Shown: positions 11,220-23,751 of the stretch, one piece after another
Layout: every line of letters starts with the position of its first letter
Position numbering within the stretch: position 1 is the stretch's first letter
Source: Octopus bimaculoides
Lineage: Eukaryota
Reading direction: 5' to 3'
Length of the DNA stretch: 64,000 bases
Assembly (NCBI RefSeq): GCF_001194135.2
Contig: NC_068992.1
Coordinates: 31,807,759-31,871,758 of the forward strand
Made by a program: the position numbers and the translations under genes
Notes under the pieces: generated by a model
The model's database searches: none
Told to the model about the DNA's origin: nothing
Seen by the model: only the letters and a program-made list of their open reading frames with translations

Positions 11220-14200
11220 CTGGAAAACATCGGCGTTCATCCTCTTTGTTCCGTTAACAACTTGCTTTTCACATAAATTGTTAATTAGTAGCCGGTTTTC
11301 TCTGTGCCTATGCCTCTTCGGCTTCTTCTAGAAAATAGGGCAGCTACCGTGCTTTGAGGTTCGCGGTGCGCACATCCTCGTCCCACCTCACCATCTACAC
11401 CGGAAGTCTTTATCCTCTGACCTCAACCGGATGTCTTTCTCCTGATCACCTCTAATGGCTTACTATACGGAATGCTTTCCCCCAATCCCTTCCCATTACA
11501 TCCCTACTTTGTATCTATCTCCGTTGAACGTTGTCATTATGTAGCGAATAAAATGATGGTGCAGTGTATACAAGTTGAATACTATTTGTATGTTTACGAG
11601 ATCTGCCAAATACAAGCTTTCTATTCAGATGCATAATGCTGCCGTAACCCATCCCTGTGTCTTGCCAGCCCCAAACCTTCCAGGCTCTCAGATTTGGCAC
11701 ATTTAATGTTGGAACATTGAAAGGTAGGTCTGGTGAGATGTTTGAGATGCTTCAACGGAGACGTGTAAATTTGTGCTACATCGAAGAAGTTAGGAGGAGA
11801 GTAAGTTCTGCTAGGTTCCTCACAGGCAAAAAACAAAGGTATAAAAGTTTCTGGGTAGGGAACACTGATGTTGTTGGGGCGTGGTTATACACCATGCAGA
11901 GAAATGTGTTGATAAGATAACCGTAATCGAGGTAGTCAGAGTCTGTGACAGAATACGTAAGCTTAGACTAGTGCTGCAACATGGATTAGCAACCCTTATC
12001 TCAGCCTATTCCCTTCAGCCAGGGCTACCTGGTGGACAGACAGACCGATTATATGACACCCTCTTGCAGACAACCACGTTGAGGAAAGAGAGCAACATTC
12101 TCTTTGTGGATGGCGATTTCAACGGTCAAATTGGATAACATCCAGGGAGCTTCCATATTGTACATGGTGGGAATGGATTTGGTTACGAGAATGAGGAGGG
12201 AACCAGGCTATTGGTGGTCTGTGATGCAAATGATCTTATTATCTGTAATACTAACTTCAGCAAACCTGCCAGTCACCTGTTCTCCTATCAGCCTGGAAAC
12301 GGGGCAGATGGCTTCTTAAAAATACCAAAACATTCCAAGGTCCAGAAAACACCCAACAACATAGATTACTAGTTAGAAACTACAGGATCAGGGCAAAATG
12401 GCTGCCCAGAAGACAAACCAGCATGAAAAAGAAGGGTCTGGAAACTTAAGGATCCTCTGAAGGAACACAGATTTAGAGACGTATTGAAGCTTTTGAGGAA
12501 AAGAGGACATAACGTCACATAATGTGGAGGACAACTGGAGGTTCCTACAGGACAACTTTTTGAGGGCGACTGACCAGATCTGTGGCTGGTGCAAAGTCCC
12601 CTCTCGACATACGGTAACGTGGTAGTGGAACAATATAGCTGACATCGCCAGTAGGAAAAAGAAACCTGCATGGAAGTACTGGATGTCTGGTGGTAGCAGG
12701 GATCTGTATCAGATTGTCAGAAGGGAAGCTAGGAGACAGGTTAACTTTGCCAGATAGGAAGCAGATATGAAAAAAATTGCCCATGTTCTGCTTCGTGAGA
12801 TCCAGAGACTTGAAGTGTTCAGTAATGCAAGACAATGTGTGAGAAAAAATCGTGATCTCATTGGTGAGAAATGTCTCCGCATGGATGGCTCACTTGCATT
12901 TAATGATGCTGCGAAGAGAGACTTGGAGACGCCACTATGAAAGGTTCCTAAATGAAGAGAATGAACGGGAGAAAGAGAGTCTGTCAAATGTCGACCCAAC
13001 AAAGGGACCAGGTATTGGAATCCACAGTACATTGGATAGATAAAGCAATTAAGGGTAAGAAAACAGGGAAAGCCACCAGTCCATCAAGACCCATTGCTGA
13101 GAAGCTTAAAATATCTGACGATGTAGACTATAGTCAAGTCACCCGTATAGTCAACCATGTGACACATGAAGGAATCATGCCCAATAACAAGTGTAACAAC
13201 CCCAAAGTCAACTGTTACAAAGGTAAAGGTGATGAATTAGATGGCAATAATTACAGAGGTATCACATTGTTGAATAGGTGATGAAAGTCACAGAGAGGGT
13301 CATAGCCCAACTCATTAGGAAGAGAGTTAATTTAGACGAGATGGAGTTTGGGTTTGTACCAGGAAGAAGCACCACTGATGCTATATTTCTGGTAAGACAG
13401 GTGCAGGAGTAATTCCAAACAAAATATAAACCTCTGTACTTGGCTTTCGTTCACATCGAGAAGACCGTTGACAGCGTCGCCCGATCCCTTATCTGATGGT
13501 CAATGCGGAAACAATGGATATATGAGTGGTTGGTGTGAGTTGTACAAGCCATATACAGGGTTGTTGTCAGTAGGATGAGGGTTGGCAACAAATATGATGA
13601 AGAATTCCAGGTAGAAGTAGGGGTTCATCAAGGAACAATCTTCAGTCCCCTCTTATTCTTCATAGCCCTCCATGCAATAACAAGAATTCAAGACAGGCTA
13701 TTCATGGGAGCCCTCTATGATGACGACCTTGCTCTAAGAGCTGAGTCACTACCATAATTAGAGAAGTTTCAGGTGTGGAAGCAATGTCTATAATCGAAGG
13801 GCTTTAGAGTCAATCTGGCAAAAATCAAAGTCTTAGCAAGTAGGAAGGTAGATAAATCACATACTCCTTCAGGTAAATTATCCTTCTCGATATGTAGAAA
13901 AGGCGTAGGTAGAAACTTCATAAAAGGTACCGGGTGTAAGCTATGGACACATACGAGTTTCAGCAATATCAAAGGAAAATATTTTTTTGTGTATGGCAGA
14001 TGTATATGGGCAATAAATACTGAAAACAAATTCCATCACCTGTAAAGGGGTAAAACTAGAAGTAGTTGATAACTTCCGTTACCTAGGTGACAAAGCCAGT
14101 AGTGGAAGTGGATGCTCTGAAAGTGTAGCTGCTAGAACAAGAATAGCCTGGGCAATAAGAAAAGTTGGACATACGAAGCATCAGATGTGGCGTGCATGAA

Positions 14201-14870
14201 AGAGGATTGTGCTGGCATGGGCATGTTTTGTGTAAGGATGAGGACAGCTGTGTGACGAAGTGTCACACCCTAACAATGAAAGACATTTGTGAAAGAAGCA
14301 GACGCACGAAGCCATTGGATGAGGTGCTGAAACACAACTATCGAACGTTGGGGCTTGCAGAAGCAATGAGAAGCTACCGAAACCTTTGGATATATGCTAT
14401 TATTGAGAAGGCCTGACAACTCAAGTGAGATCGTAGCCGAGGCCGATGCTAGTGTCGCATAATAGGCCCGTTTAAAAGTACACTCCAATCGTCGTGCAAT
14501 ATGCAATGCTTGAAAATACCTGTTGAGTCAAGTGAAATCGTAGCCGTGGCCGATGCCAGTTCTACTTGACTGGCTCCCGTTCCGCTGGCATGTAAAAAGC
14601 ACCATTCGTGCGTGGTCGATGCCAGTGCCGCTTGTCTGGCTCTCGTGCCGATGACAAGCAAAAAGCAGCCACAACACTCTCGGACTGGTTGGCGTTAGGA
14701 GAGGCATCCAGCTGTTGTAACGTTGCCAGAGCAGATTGGAGCCTGGTACTGCCTGTTGGCTTTCGAGTCCTCAATCAAACCGTCCAACCTATGCTAGCGT
14801 GGAAAGCGGAGTTTAAACGATGACAATGTTGATGATGAGGAGGATGATGAGGATGATGAGGATGATGATA
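11220..14870 (+). mobile_element. Near-full-length decayed RTE/BovB-like LINE with structured 3' tail ending in (GAT)n
   Basis: APE start FGTFNVGTLKGRSGEMFEMLQRRRV, LFVDGDFNGQIG; RT motifs NYRGITLL, VGVHQG..FSPLLF, LYDDDL, FRYLGD, WHGHV; tail ccgtccaacc.atgc.agc.tggaaa.cgga..ttaaa followed by (gat)n. Confidence 0.92.
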
Positions 14871-16091
14871 TACATACATACATACACACACACATGCGTG
14901 CCTATGAATGTATGTATGAAAGCATGTAAATCATTCTGAAAAGGATGTGTTTTAGGATGGTTTGTGGATTGTAAAATAAGCTTGAATTTTACGAGCAATT
15001 CTTTGGTATCAATCTTTCATTCACGTCTACTATGTTTACATGTGTTTACAGGTAATGTTCTTCCATATCATACGCAATGTTTTTCAATCTTCATTTACGT
15101 ATGTAAAGATGAGGGTCTTAAAAGATTATGAAACCGAATATTAGCTTCACTCTCATAAATAAACAGGTTATAATAATATATGAATATTATAACAAAATAA
15201 ATCCAGTTTTGGTTTCAAAATACTCGGTTAACATTATCCGTGTGATACATACCCATACACGTATGGGTATGCATCATGTGTCTGCCTGTGTATATGAACG
15301 TATGAATGTATGTACTCATGTATGTAAGTGTGTATATGTATATACGTATAAACGTATGTATGTGTGCATGTGTATATGTATCTGCCTGTCACGTTTATCT
15401 AACTATCTATCATCTATCTATTTATCTAACTAAACATATAGGCAATGGCAAAACACTGGAGCAGCAATCCTACATCTCATCATGCTAGCCAAAGATCTAG
15501 TAATCTACTTCACAGTAGCAGAGCCTTCTCATGTCTTATAGGGTGTTCTGGAGAAGGTTCACATGATGAGATGTGTACCTGCTTAAGGGATGACCATCGC
15601 TGGACTATATATATGTGTGTGAGTGTAGTGTGCGATTGTGTGTATGATTGTGTGAGTTTGTGTGTGTGTGCGTGTAGAGAGAGAGAGAGAGTGAGATAGA
15701 GAGAGAGAATATTAGATATATACATTCATGAACAAATTATATAACTCGCATACATATTGATATTATACTTATATATATCAGTGTCTGTGTGTATAGGTGT
15801 GTGTGCCTGTCAGTCTTTCTGTGTGTGCGTTGGTGTGTATAAGATAATGCAAAAAATAATTTAGTGTGAAATTATTATTAGTTACTATTGTGATTGCTTT
15901 TTTTCTATATTGATAGATATTGATATGAGTGATATGAGTGTGACTACTGATGTTTCTCTTGTGTTTATACAAACTTAACTGTGGATGTGTGAGTCTATAT
16001 ATAGTTTTTTACTTACGTAAAATATGAACTGATGTATATGCCAATAGGCACGCGTGTTATCTAGTGTCGAATATGGCTATGGCAACAGTTT

Positions 16092-16290
16092 ATGTCTTCT
16101 GACCTCAAAGTCAGAGATCTTATATCAACGATCTTCCTAAATTACCATGCCTGCTACCCGCTAGTTTTCCACTGAGCGATCAATGCCTTCCGACCTCAAA
16201 GTCAGAGATGTCATATCAACGATCTTCCTAAATTACCATGCCTGCTACCTGCTAGCTTTCTACTGAGGGGTCAATGACTTCCGATCTCAC
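16092..16290 (+). repeat. 91-bp tandem repeat, about 2.2 copies
   Basis: Units start at 16092, 16183 and 16274 (atg.cttc.gacctcaaagtcagagat...ttaccatgcctgctacc). Confidence 0.9.
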
Positions 16291-16849
16291 TGAATCTGAA
16301 AAATATGTAGTTGTTTCTAAATAGATTAATTCATATACATAGGAAACTAGTTTCAACATCTTTTTGTTCCTCGAAGTTACAAGTATATATAAGATAAGAA
16401 GGTGATTTTAACAGAGTTCAAAAAACTACCAAGTAAAAATTGGACAGGCATGTTTAAAAGATTAAATCATCAAATGTGCTGATAAAAATTAAATGAGTTT
16501 CACAGGTAAAGATAGTATTATTGAAAGTTCGGTCGTATTGAGTTTTTATAGAATACGTGGACAAGAGAGAGAAAGAAAGGGAAGAGAGTGAATTTCTGAA
16601 GTGGTGCTTAGAGTTATATTTCTTCTTCGCGTACTGGTGAAATGATCTAATTTTTGATTGGTTATATTTCTGGTGGATGCTTTTGGTGAAAAAATATATT
16701 TTCTGTTGGCATTAGTGTTTCGTTTGTTTGTTTGTTTGGTTGGTTGGTTGGTTTCACGTACACATGAACACATTTTGATTGGTTGTATATTTCGTGATGC
16801 TACTTTATTTTAATGAAAAAATAACTTTTTTGGGGGGGTCAAATATAGC

Positions 16850-17690
16850 GATCTGCTTGATTGACTTCCCTGTAGGGACTCCAGCATTACTTTTTCCCTA
16901 ATGATCATCAATCGTTCCGGTTAGTTCGTTCCCTTAGGGAGTCTAATTTTTCTCAGGGTTCGGTTCTGATCAGAGGTAAAATTTCATTGGTCTAGTTTGA
17001 GGTGGTATCAGCTACTGGTGTTTGAGAAGGTGTATTGTGTTATTGTAAAATTATTTGGAATTGCGGTTTCGAAAGTCTAGAGGAGCTTCTTGCAAAAGTT
17101 TTCGAAAAATGCTTGGTTGATTTTTCGTGGAATTTTTTTTCTGCTTTCTTGTGTTTTATTATAGGACATTTAGTTACAGTTTATATTTTTTAACCAGTAT
17201 GCTTTCCTTATTCAATCGGAATTGTGTTGAAGTATTTCCGGTGCATTGATAGACAGGGAAGAATTAGTGTTTCGGGTTTATGTCTGAGGAGCATTAATCT
17301 AGGAAATTTTCCTGGTCGTGGGGTCAGTCTGTTCCTCAAGGTCAAAATTCTTTGACCTATGCAGTCTCCATCACAACCACCACATGTGAGGACATAGATT
17401 AAGTAATTTTTTATGGTTAAATTTGGACCTGACTTAAATTTAGACGTTGATCCCTCTAAGAGGTAGATGCATTTCCTGCGGTTATATTTTTGACTACTGG
17501 AGATGTACTTTTGGTGAGTAATTTGTCGCTGGTGAGCAAACATTTTAGGATTGCGGTTGTCTTTTACTTTGAATAATTCTATGTGTTTTCAGTGCTTCTT
17601 TCACTCGCAGGTCCTCAGAAGAAAGGGTATGTTTTGATGAATGATGTTGTAGGCTTGTTCCTGAATTAGCTTTGTTTAAGAAAAAAAATA
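16850..17690 (-). mobile_element. Penelope-like element 3' fragment (GIY-YIG endonuclease plus downstream pLTR-like segment)
   Basis: Minus translation: IIQSKRQPQS, KFKSGPNLTIKNYLIYVLTCGGC..IGQ..TLRNR, terminal RLNKESILVKKYK..LN. Confidence 0.85.
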
Positions 17691-17700
17691 TATTTACCCA

Positions 17701-18445
17701 ACTTTTAACATCATCTCCTTCGAAATAGTCACTTTGAACAGCCGAACACTCCTCCTTGCATTCCTGCCACTTTTGGAATCGGAACTGGAAGTCGTATTAC
17801 GTAAACGAATCCAGGGACTTCCGAGACTCGCACCGGATGAAGACAACGGTGTTAAGACGACAACCTTTGAGCTACCTTTTATATCTTGGGAAAAAAATGG
17901 AAGCCTGTAGGTGCTAACTCTAACGAATAGGGTGGGTTTAGAAGCGATACCGTATTGTTTTTGGCTAGAAACTCACGAGTCAGAAGTGATCTGTGACGAC
18001 AATGCACCGTGAAGAATCCAGTTTCTGTGCTCCACAGTACCGGTGGCTATCACCGAACGTCCTCTCGGAAGCGCGGCAAATGGTTGTTGAAGATCGTCGG
18101 ACGATTATCATGCAGAAACTAGTGAATTTTCTCCATATTTTCGGAGGTGATGCTCGCGGCTGTTCTTCTATATAGCTCACCGTTTTCCACGAGTGTTCTT
18201 CCGCTTTTGAAGCAGCCGCGCTACTATAAACATTGCCATAAGCTTGTCAAAGAATTATCCATGTTTCTGCAAGAGACGTCAAAAGTTTAACGCAAAATTT
18301 CACGTTGACCCTGTGCTGCATCTTCCGTCCATGACAAAAAACACAGACTACATAATTACACATGATCACAAAAACACAAACTACACAAATTACGAAGTAA
18401 ACACTGCGATCTCACTTAGCACACAGCCTGAGTAAAGTCACTGCT
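17701..18445 (-). mobile_element. Internally deleted mariner transposase relic
   Basis: N-terminus MQHRVNVKFCVKL..AET..QAYG at 18321; C-terminus WILH..EFLAKNNT..LNPPYSLELAP..KWQEC..DYFEGD; only about 620 nt of coding relic. Confidence 0.85.
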
Positions 18446-18627
18446 AGTTCTGATATATATANNNNNNNNNNNNNNNNNNNNNNNNNNNNNNNNNNNNNNN
18501 NNNNNNNNNNNNNNNNNNNNNNNNNNNNNNNNNNNNNNNNNNNNNNNNNNNNNNNNNNNNNNNNNNNNNNNNNNNNNNNNNNNNNNNNNNNNNNNNNNNN
18601 NNNNNNNNNNNNNNNNNNNNNNNNNNN

Positions 18628-18663
<36 letters not shown>

Positions 18664-19915
18664 AATAATTAAGTACTATTACCGTTAGCTATAATAATAA
18701 TGAGGTGGCTATCAAGTTCATGACTTTACAGCCACAATAATCAGTGATTTAAGACTAAGTAGGGTATATAATACCACTTGGTAAAATCAGAGCCAATGCT
18801 ACAAAAACTAGCATAAAAATTACGACAAAGATACACAGAAGCAATGCAATGAACACATGAGAATATGTTATTTTTGCGTTGAATACACATCAGTAAGTAA
18901 TGCATATTTCAATAACAATTGATTCCACGCTTTGCATGACAAACACGCTCTGCGATCATCAGTTGAACATAATATTAAACATCTATTCTATTTCTAAAAT
19001 ATTCCCTACGTATTTATGCATATATGTGGGGAGGATAGTAAACACATTTATAAGGAGACAGTGAGAGAGATTCAGACAGAAAATGGAAGGAGAGCATATT
19101 ATGTCTTTAATATCTGCCTATGTGCACACACTCACATGAAGGTGCAGTTTTAGCTCTTATTAATTAGTAAAAGAGTTAGTACGCTAATTTTTTTTCTTGG
19201 ATATTTCTAAGAACATTAAGAATACATTTTCTATTGGTTACTTTGTTATTACGAGACTGCATATATTCTTCCATATTGTTGAAAACACATATATCAGTAG
19301 CGAAGCTAGGAAATACGTAAATTAGAAAACCGATGGGAAATTTTCCATTTTTATCATGCATAGCCTCGGTTAATGCTGTAGACTTACATCTTTTCAAAAC
19401 AATTCACATGAACTTGATTACATTCAATTGTAATCCGCCTCTCTGTATGTAATAAGATCTGTCAATATGTTGACAACATAATCTTATAATGAATAAAGAA
19501 TAATAAATGAAGGCACTCAGAATAACTAGTCATTGTTCAGTCAAAATAAGGATTTGTATATANNNNNNNNNNNNNNNNNNNNNNNNNNNNNNNNNNNNNN
19601 NNNNNNNNNNNNNNNNNNNNNNNNNNNNNNNNNNNNNNNNNNNNNNNNNNNNNNNNNNNNNNNNNNNNNNNNNNNNNNNNNNNNNNNNNNNNNNNNNNNN
19701 NNNNNNNNNNNNNNNNNNNNNNNNNNNNNNNNNNNNNNNNNNNNNNNNNNNNNNNNNNNNNNNNNNNNNNNNNNNNNNNNNNNNNNNNNNNNNNNNNNNN
19801 NNNNNNNNNNNNNNNNNNNNNNNNNNNNNNNNNNNNNNNNNNNNNNNNNNNNNNNNNNNNNNNNNNNNNNNNNNNNNNNNNNNNNNNNNNNNNNNNNNNN
19901 NNNNNNNNNNNNNNN

Positions 19916-19955
<40 letters not shown>

Positions 19956-20429
19956 TTAATTACAGGATGTTAACCTCGTAAAGAGATGCTGGCATCCCAG
20001 GAAATACTTGTTCAATACATAGTAATTTTGAGGGATGAAATTTCCTTAAAATAATAGGTATATATTAAGCATATAATGTATATCCATTGAAAGAAGTAAA
20101 GAAATGGAGATAAGGATGTTAATAATTGCTGGTAATTAACAAATTGGTCACCTTCGCTTATTACAGCCGTTTCGATGAATGGATAGGCTCACATATAACA
20201 TCCTAAAATACATCTTTTTTTTCTCTCTGATGACAATAAACTCGTATCACATAAATGTGAGTTTAACGTAAAATTATGTAATAACGTTATTGAGTATTAT
20301 TTGAAAGGGCTGTAACAAGCGGTGGTCAATTTGTTAATAATAAATAATTATTATCTTCCTTATATCTATCTCCTTTTCTTTTTTATATATATATATTTGC
20401 ATATATATTAGCGAACGCGCTCCTGTGTG

Positions 20430-20585
20430 TGTTGTTGGTGTGTATGTGTGTGGTTGGTGTGTATGTGTGTGATTGGTGTGTATGTGTGTGGTTGGTGTGT
20501 ATGTGTGTGGTTGGTGTGTATGTGTGTGGTTGGTGTGTATGGGTGTGGTTGGTGTGTATATGTGTGGTTGGTGTGTATGTGTGTG
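20430..20585 (+). repeat. 19-bp minisatellite (gttggtgtgtatgtgtgtg)n, about 8 copies
   Basis: Direct inspection; 19-residue periodicity in the antisense ORF translations. Confidence 0.9.
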
Positions 20586-20939
20586 TATGTATGCATGTGA
20601 GATATTCATCCTTTGATATCTGCATAACATTTCTAATTATTTGCTCTAAAAGGATGTCAGGAATATATTTTTCAGTCATTAAGTATCATTAAAAAGAGTG
20701 ATACTTAGAGAAAATATTGATGCAATTTATTTCCGTGGTATGAAATTTCACCAACATTCGCCTTTGAGTCTGCATTACGTAATCAGATAAAATAGGTTCC
20801 TCAAAATTTTCACATTTTCAGTATGATAGAAGATTTAACTGTAGATTACCCTTGCATATTCCAGAAGTGAGATATTCTGAATCAAAAATATATCTGTGAT
20901 GCAGAGGTAAGAATGAATTTAATACACTATACTGAGTGT

Positions 20940-21750
20940 AGATACCAGACAAAACTGGCATGCGACTGCCACCAAGAAAAATATTCATGGATAATCTGAC
21001 TGCAAGTACATATTGCGTTGCTGACGTCAGGTCGATCATACATGAACTATAAAGCTCATACCTGGTCGTAGAATGACTTTCAAACTGTCAAGAAATCATA
21101 GACACTTTTCAATACTGGTAATGTATTTGCAACTTCCACTTCCACTTATCGGACAGTTCATTGACAAATCAAGCAGTAAAGTGCTTGAATGAACGAACGA
21201 ACTCCTTTACAGTAGCATGCAGTTACAATTTGCATTGACGAAGCCAACAATGGCCTTCTGTATTAGCATATGGATTTTGACAAATGCAGTTCGCACGGTC
21301 GCTTTAAAGCTACGATAAACAGGCAGTCTATTATACCCAAGAGTTTGTTGTCCCGGCTCTTATACATTACCAGTATTCGAACTATGGAATACATTTGTGA
21401 GTAAGATATTAGGTTATCAATAACTGCGAACTGTCATTCTATCCAAATCCAATGACAGTGTGTGACACTCCTTCATCAAATCCTCGAAAATTATAATCAT
21501 GCAAACGAGCGAAGTCATAAAGTACAGATATACCAAAGATATTAAATTAGTGGAAGCCGACATTGAAATTTGCAGACGGAGAAATTCGAGTGCTGCGAGA
21601 AAATAGTAGGTAGGAGAAAAACGGTCGATGCATATGTTTAATGTTGGGCCTATATCATTAGTATATCTCAGCTAAGGCTGATGTCCAAACACCCAGAAAA
21701 ATAATACCTAAGTGAAAGAGCGAACAAGGCAAGAAGCTCATGAAATGAAG
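20940..21750 (+). mobile_element. Highly decayed CR1/L2-like reverse transcriptase fragment
   Basis: Degenerate, correctly ordered matches to NYRP.SLT (gaactataaagctcatacc), DF.KAFD (gattttgacaaatgcagttcg), SG.PQGS-like and YADD.KL-like (tataccaaagatattaaatta) motifs. Confidence 0.6.
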
Positions 21751-22434
21751 CTCATTAAAAACCAAGGTCTGATAGGGTTGTGCAAGTAATTAAGATAAGC
21801 GGAACGTTAAAATACACTTTGTTGTAAAATGCAGGTATGACATAGATTGGGTTTTCTGGTGCAGGAATTTCGATATTCATACTTCTCTCGATGAAGATAG
21901 AAGGAAGTCCGCATGTTACCAAGTACAAACATGGCAAGCATGTGTATATATGTATATATATATATATATATAATTTAATACAATGATAATTTATGTAAGA
22001 TGTTTTTTTTATATATAATATACATGTTATTATAATGGATGAACGGATGATTATTGAATGGTTATTATTTTGATATGATATTTTTTATAATTTTTCTATC
22101 TTTATATAATAAGTATTTCATATTAATTCATTTGGTACTTATTGTTGGTTGAGATACATATATATCAAATTATTGTTTACTTACGATCTGACGAGTAGCA
22201 ATATTTTTGATTAGAATTTATTTTCGATCATTTCAATTGATTTTAATCGATTTAAATTTCTTGTCTATTTGAAAAGTAGTTATGAAACACGTGTAATCTT
22301 TTTATTATATTTATCTTATGATATTTACTTTACTTTATATTATACTCACGTATTGTGCTTTTAAATATTATTTTTTCTATATGTGATAGTGGATTTTCGT
22401 CGATGAGTTCTTGAAACTTGGTTATTTTCCCTAA

Positions 22435-22492
<58 letters not shown>

Positions 22493-22820
22493 TGTTGTGT
22501 CTTGGGACAGTCATTTTCTTATTGTGACTTAAAATTTAACACACTACCCTAGGGTAGGTACATAGGGTTAATGAACAGACAACCACATACACAAATAGAG
22601 ACTGAAACACATGGCCACATATACACACACATTTGTCCACACATACATACATATATACATGTGCACACACACGGAGACATACATGCATGCATACATACAC
22701 ACACACACTGAGACACACGCATGCGCACAAACAATACATATATATATATGTATATATATATATATACTTATTTATATATACATATATATATACATACATA
22801 CATACATATATATATGGGTG

Positions 22821-22856
<36 letters not shown>

Positions 22857-23049
22857 TGTGTGTGTGTATACATACATATATATGTATTAGGTAATTCCAT
22901 AAGTTCTGTCTGATTTTACATTGTAGTGTTCAAAACATACAACATAAAGGAGAAGAAAATTAAAGACGCAAAAAATGAGATAATAGAGAGGTAATTTCTA
23001 CTAATATGGAATTTATTATGCTACGTTAGCTGTGAAACAAGAAGTGCTA

Positions 23050-23630
23050 CTGTTGAAGCACAGTTCGAAACGGCTAACGTAGCCTATAATGACTCAACAA
23101 GGATCCTCAAGAATGATTAAATAAATCTCCTACCCACGTAGTTGCGTCGTAGAGCAGCGAAGGTTGTAATCGACGAAATTTTGGCAAGCTACGATGTAAT
23201 GTATGTGGCAGCAGCCTTTATATACGACGTCGAAAAAGTGGTAACAATTCTACAAATGAAAAAGAAGGAGGCAGTCATTTCGAAAGGCCAGACGTTAGAA
23301 ATGGCTCTTAAACAAAACCCTAGAGAATTTGCCAGATTGTGTATTTGTAGGGGAAGGGCTAACGATGAGAATAGCCGTGAAGGTATGCAGGCCCCGATGC
23401 TTCAAATGTGGAGAGAATGTCTACGTCCGTTCCAACTGTACAAAAAAGAAAAAAAGGAGAACGAGGCCCCTCCCCAAAAACCTGAAAAGAAAGCGGCGAG
23501 GAGAACAGGTGAAAGTGCAGAGAAGCTACAGAAACCAGGGAATACGGCAGAACGAAAAGTAGAGGAAGAAAAGACAGAAACAAATGTCGCAATGGACTTT
23601 ACTGCAATAACAAACAAACGCAAAATAGCA
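23050..23630 (+). mobile_element. Non-LTR (L1/Tx1-like) ORF1/gag-like relic with degenerate CCHC zinc knuckle
   Basis: MPDCVFVGEGLTMRIAVKVCRPRCFKCGENVYVRSNC (Cx2Cx4[H to Y]x4C) followed by a basic low-complexity tail; frameshifted. Confidence 0.6.
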
Positions 23631-23751
23631 GAGGTATTACTAAATATAGATATACAGGGCAGGAAATCGTCAATTAGTAATTGTTAATTATTAATGTTTA
23701 TTACTAATTGACGATTCCCTGCCCTGTATATCTATATTTAATAATACCTCT
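23630..23751. repeat. Near-perfect inverted repeat: 52-bp arms, 18-nt spacer, 50/52 identity
   Basis: 23630-23681 versus reverse complement of 23700-23751. Confidence 0.95.

Noticed and set aside
16092-16290. Possible CRISPR-like repeat array
   Set aside because: Contiguous tandem units without unique spacers, eukaryotic context, no cas genes
22400-22430. gtcgatgagttcttgaaacttggtta, hammerhead-like
   Set aside because: Core altered (tcgatga), stem II marginal, no stem I pairing
23142-23687. 181-aa plus ORF as a host gene
   Set aside because: Overlaps the frameshifted zinc-knuckle frame; better explained as a decayed retroelement ORF1
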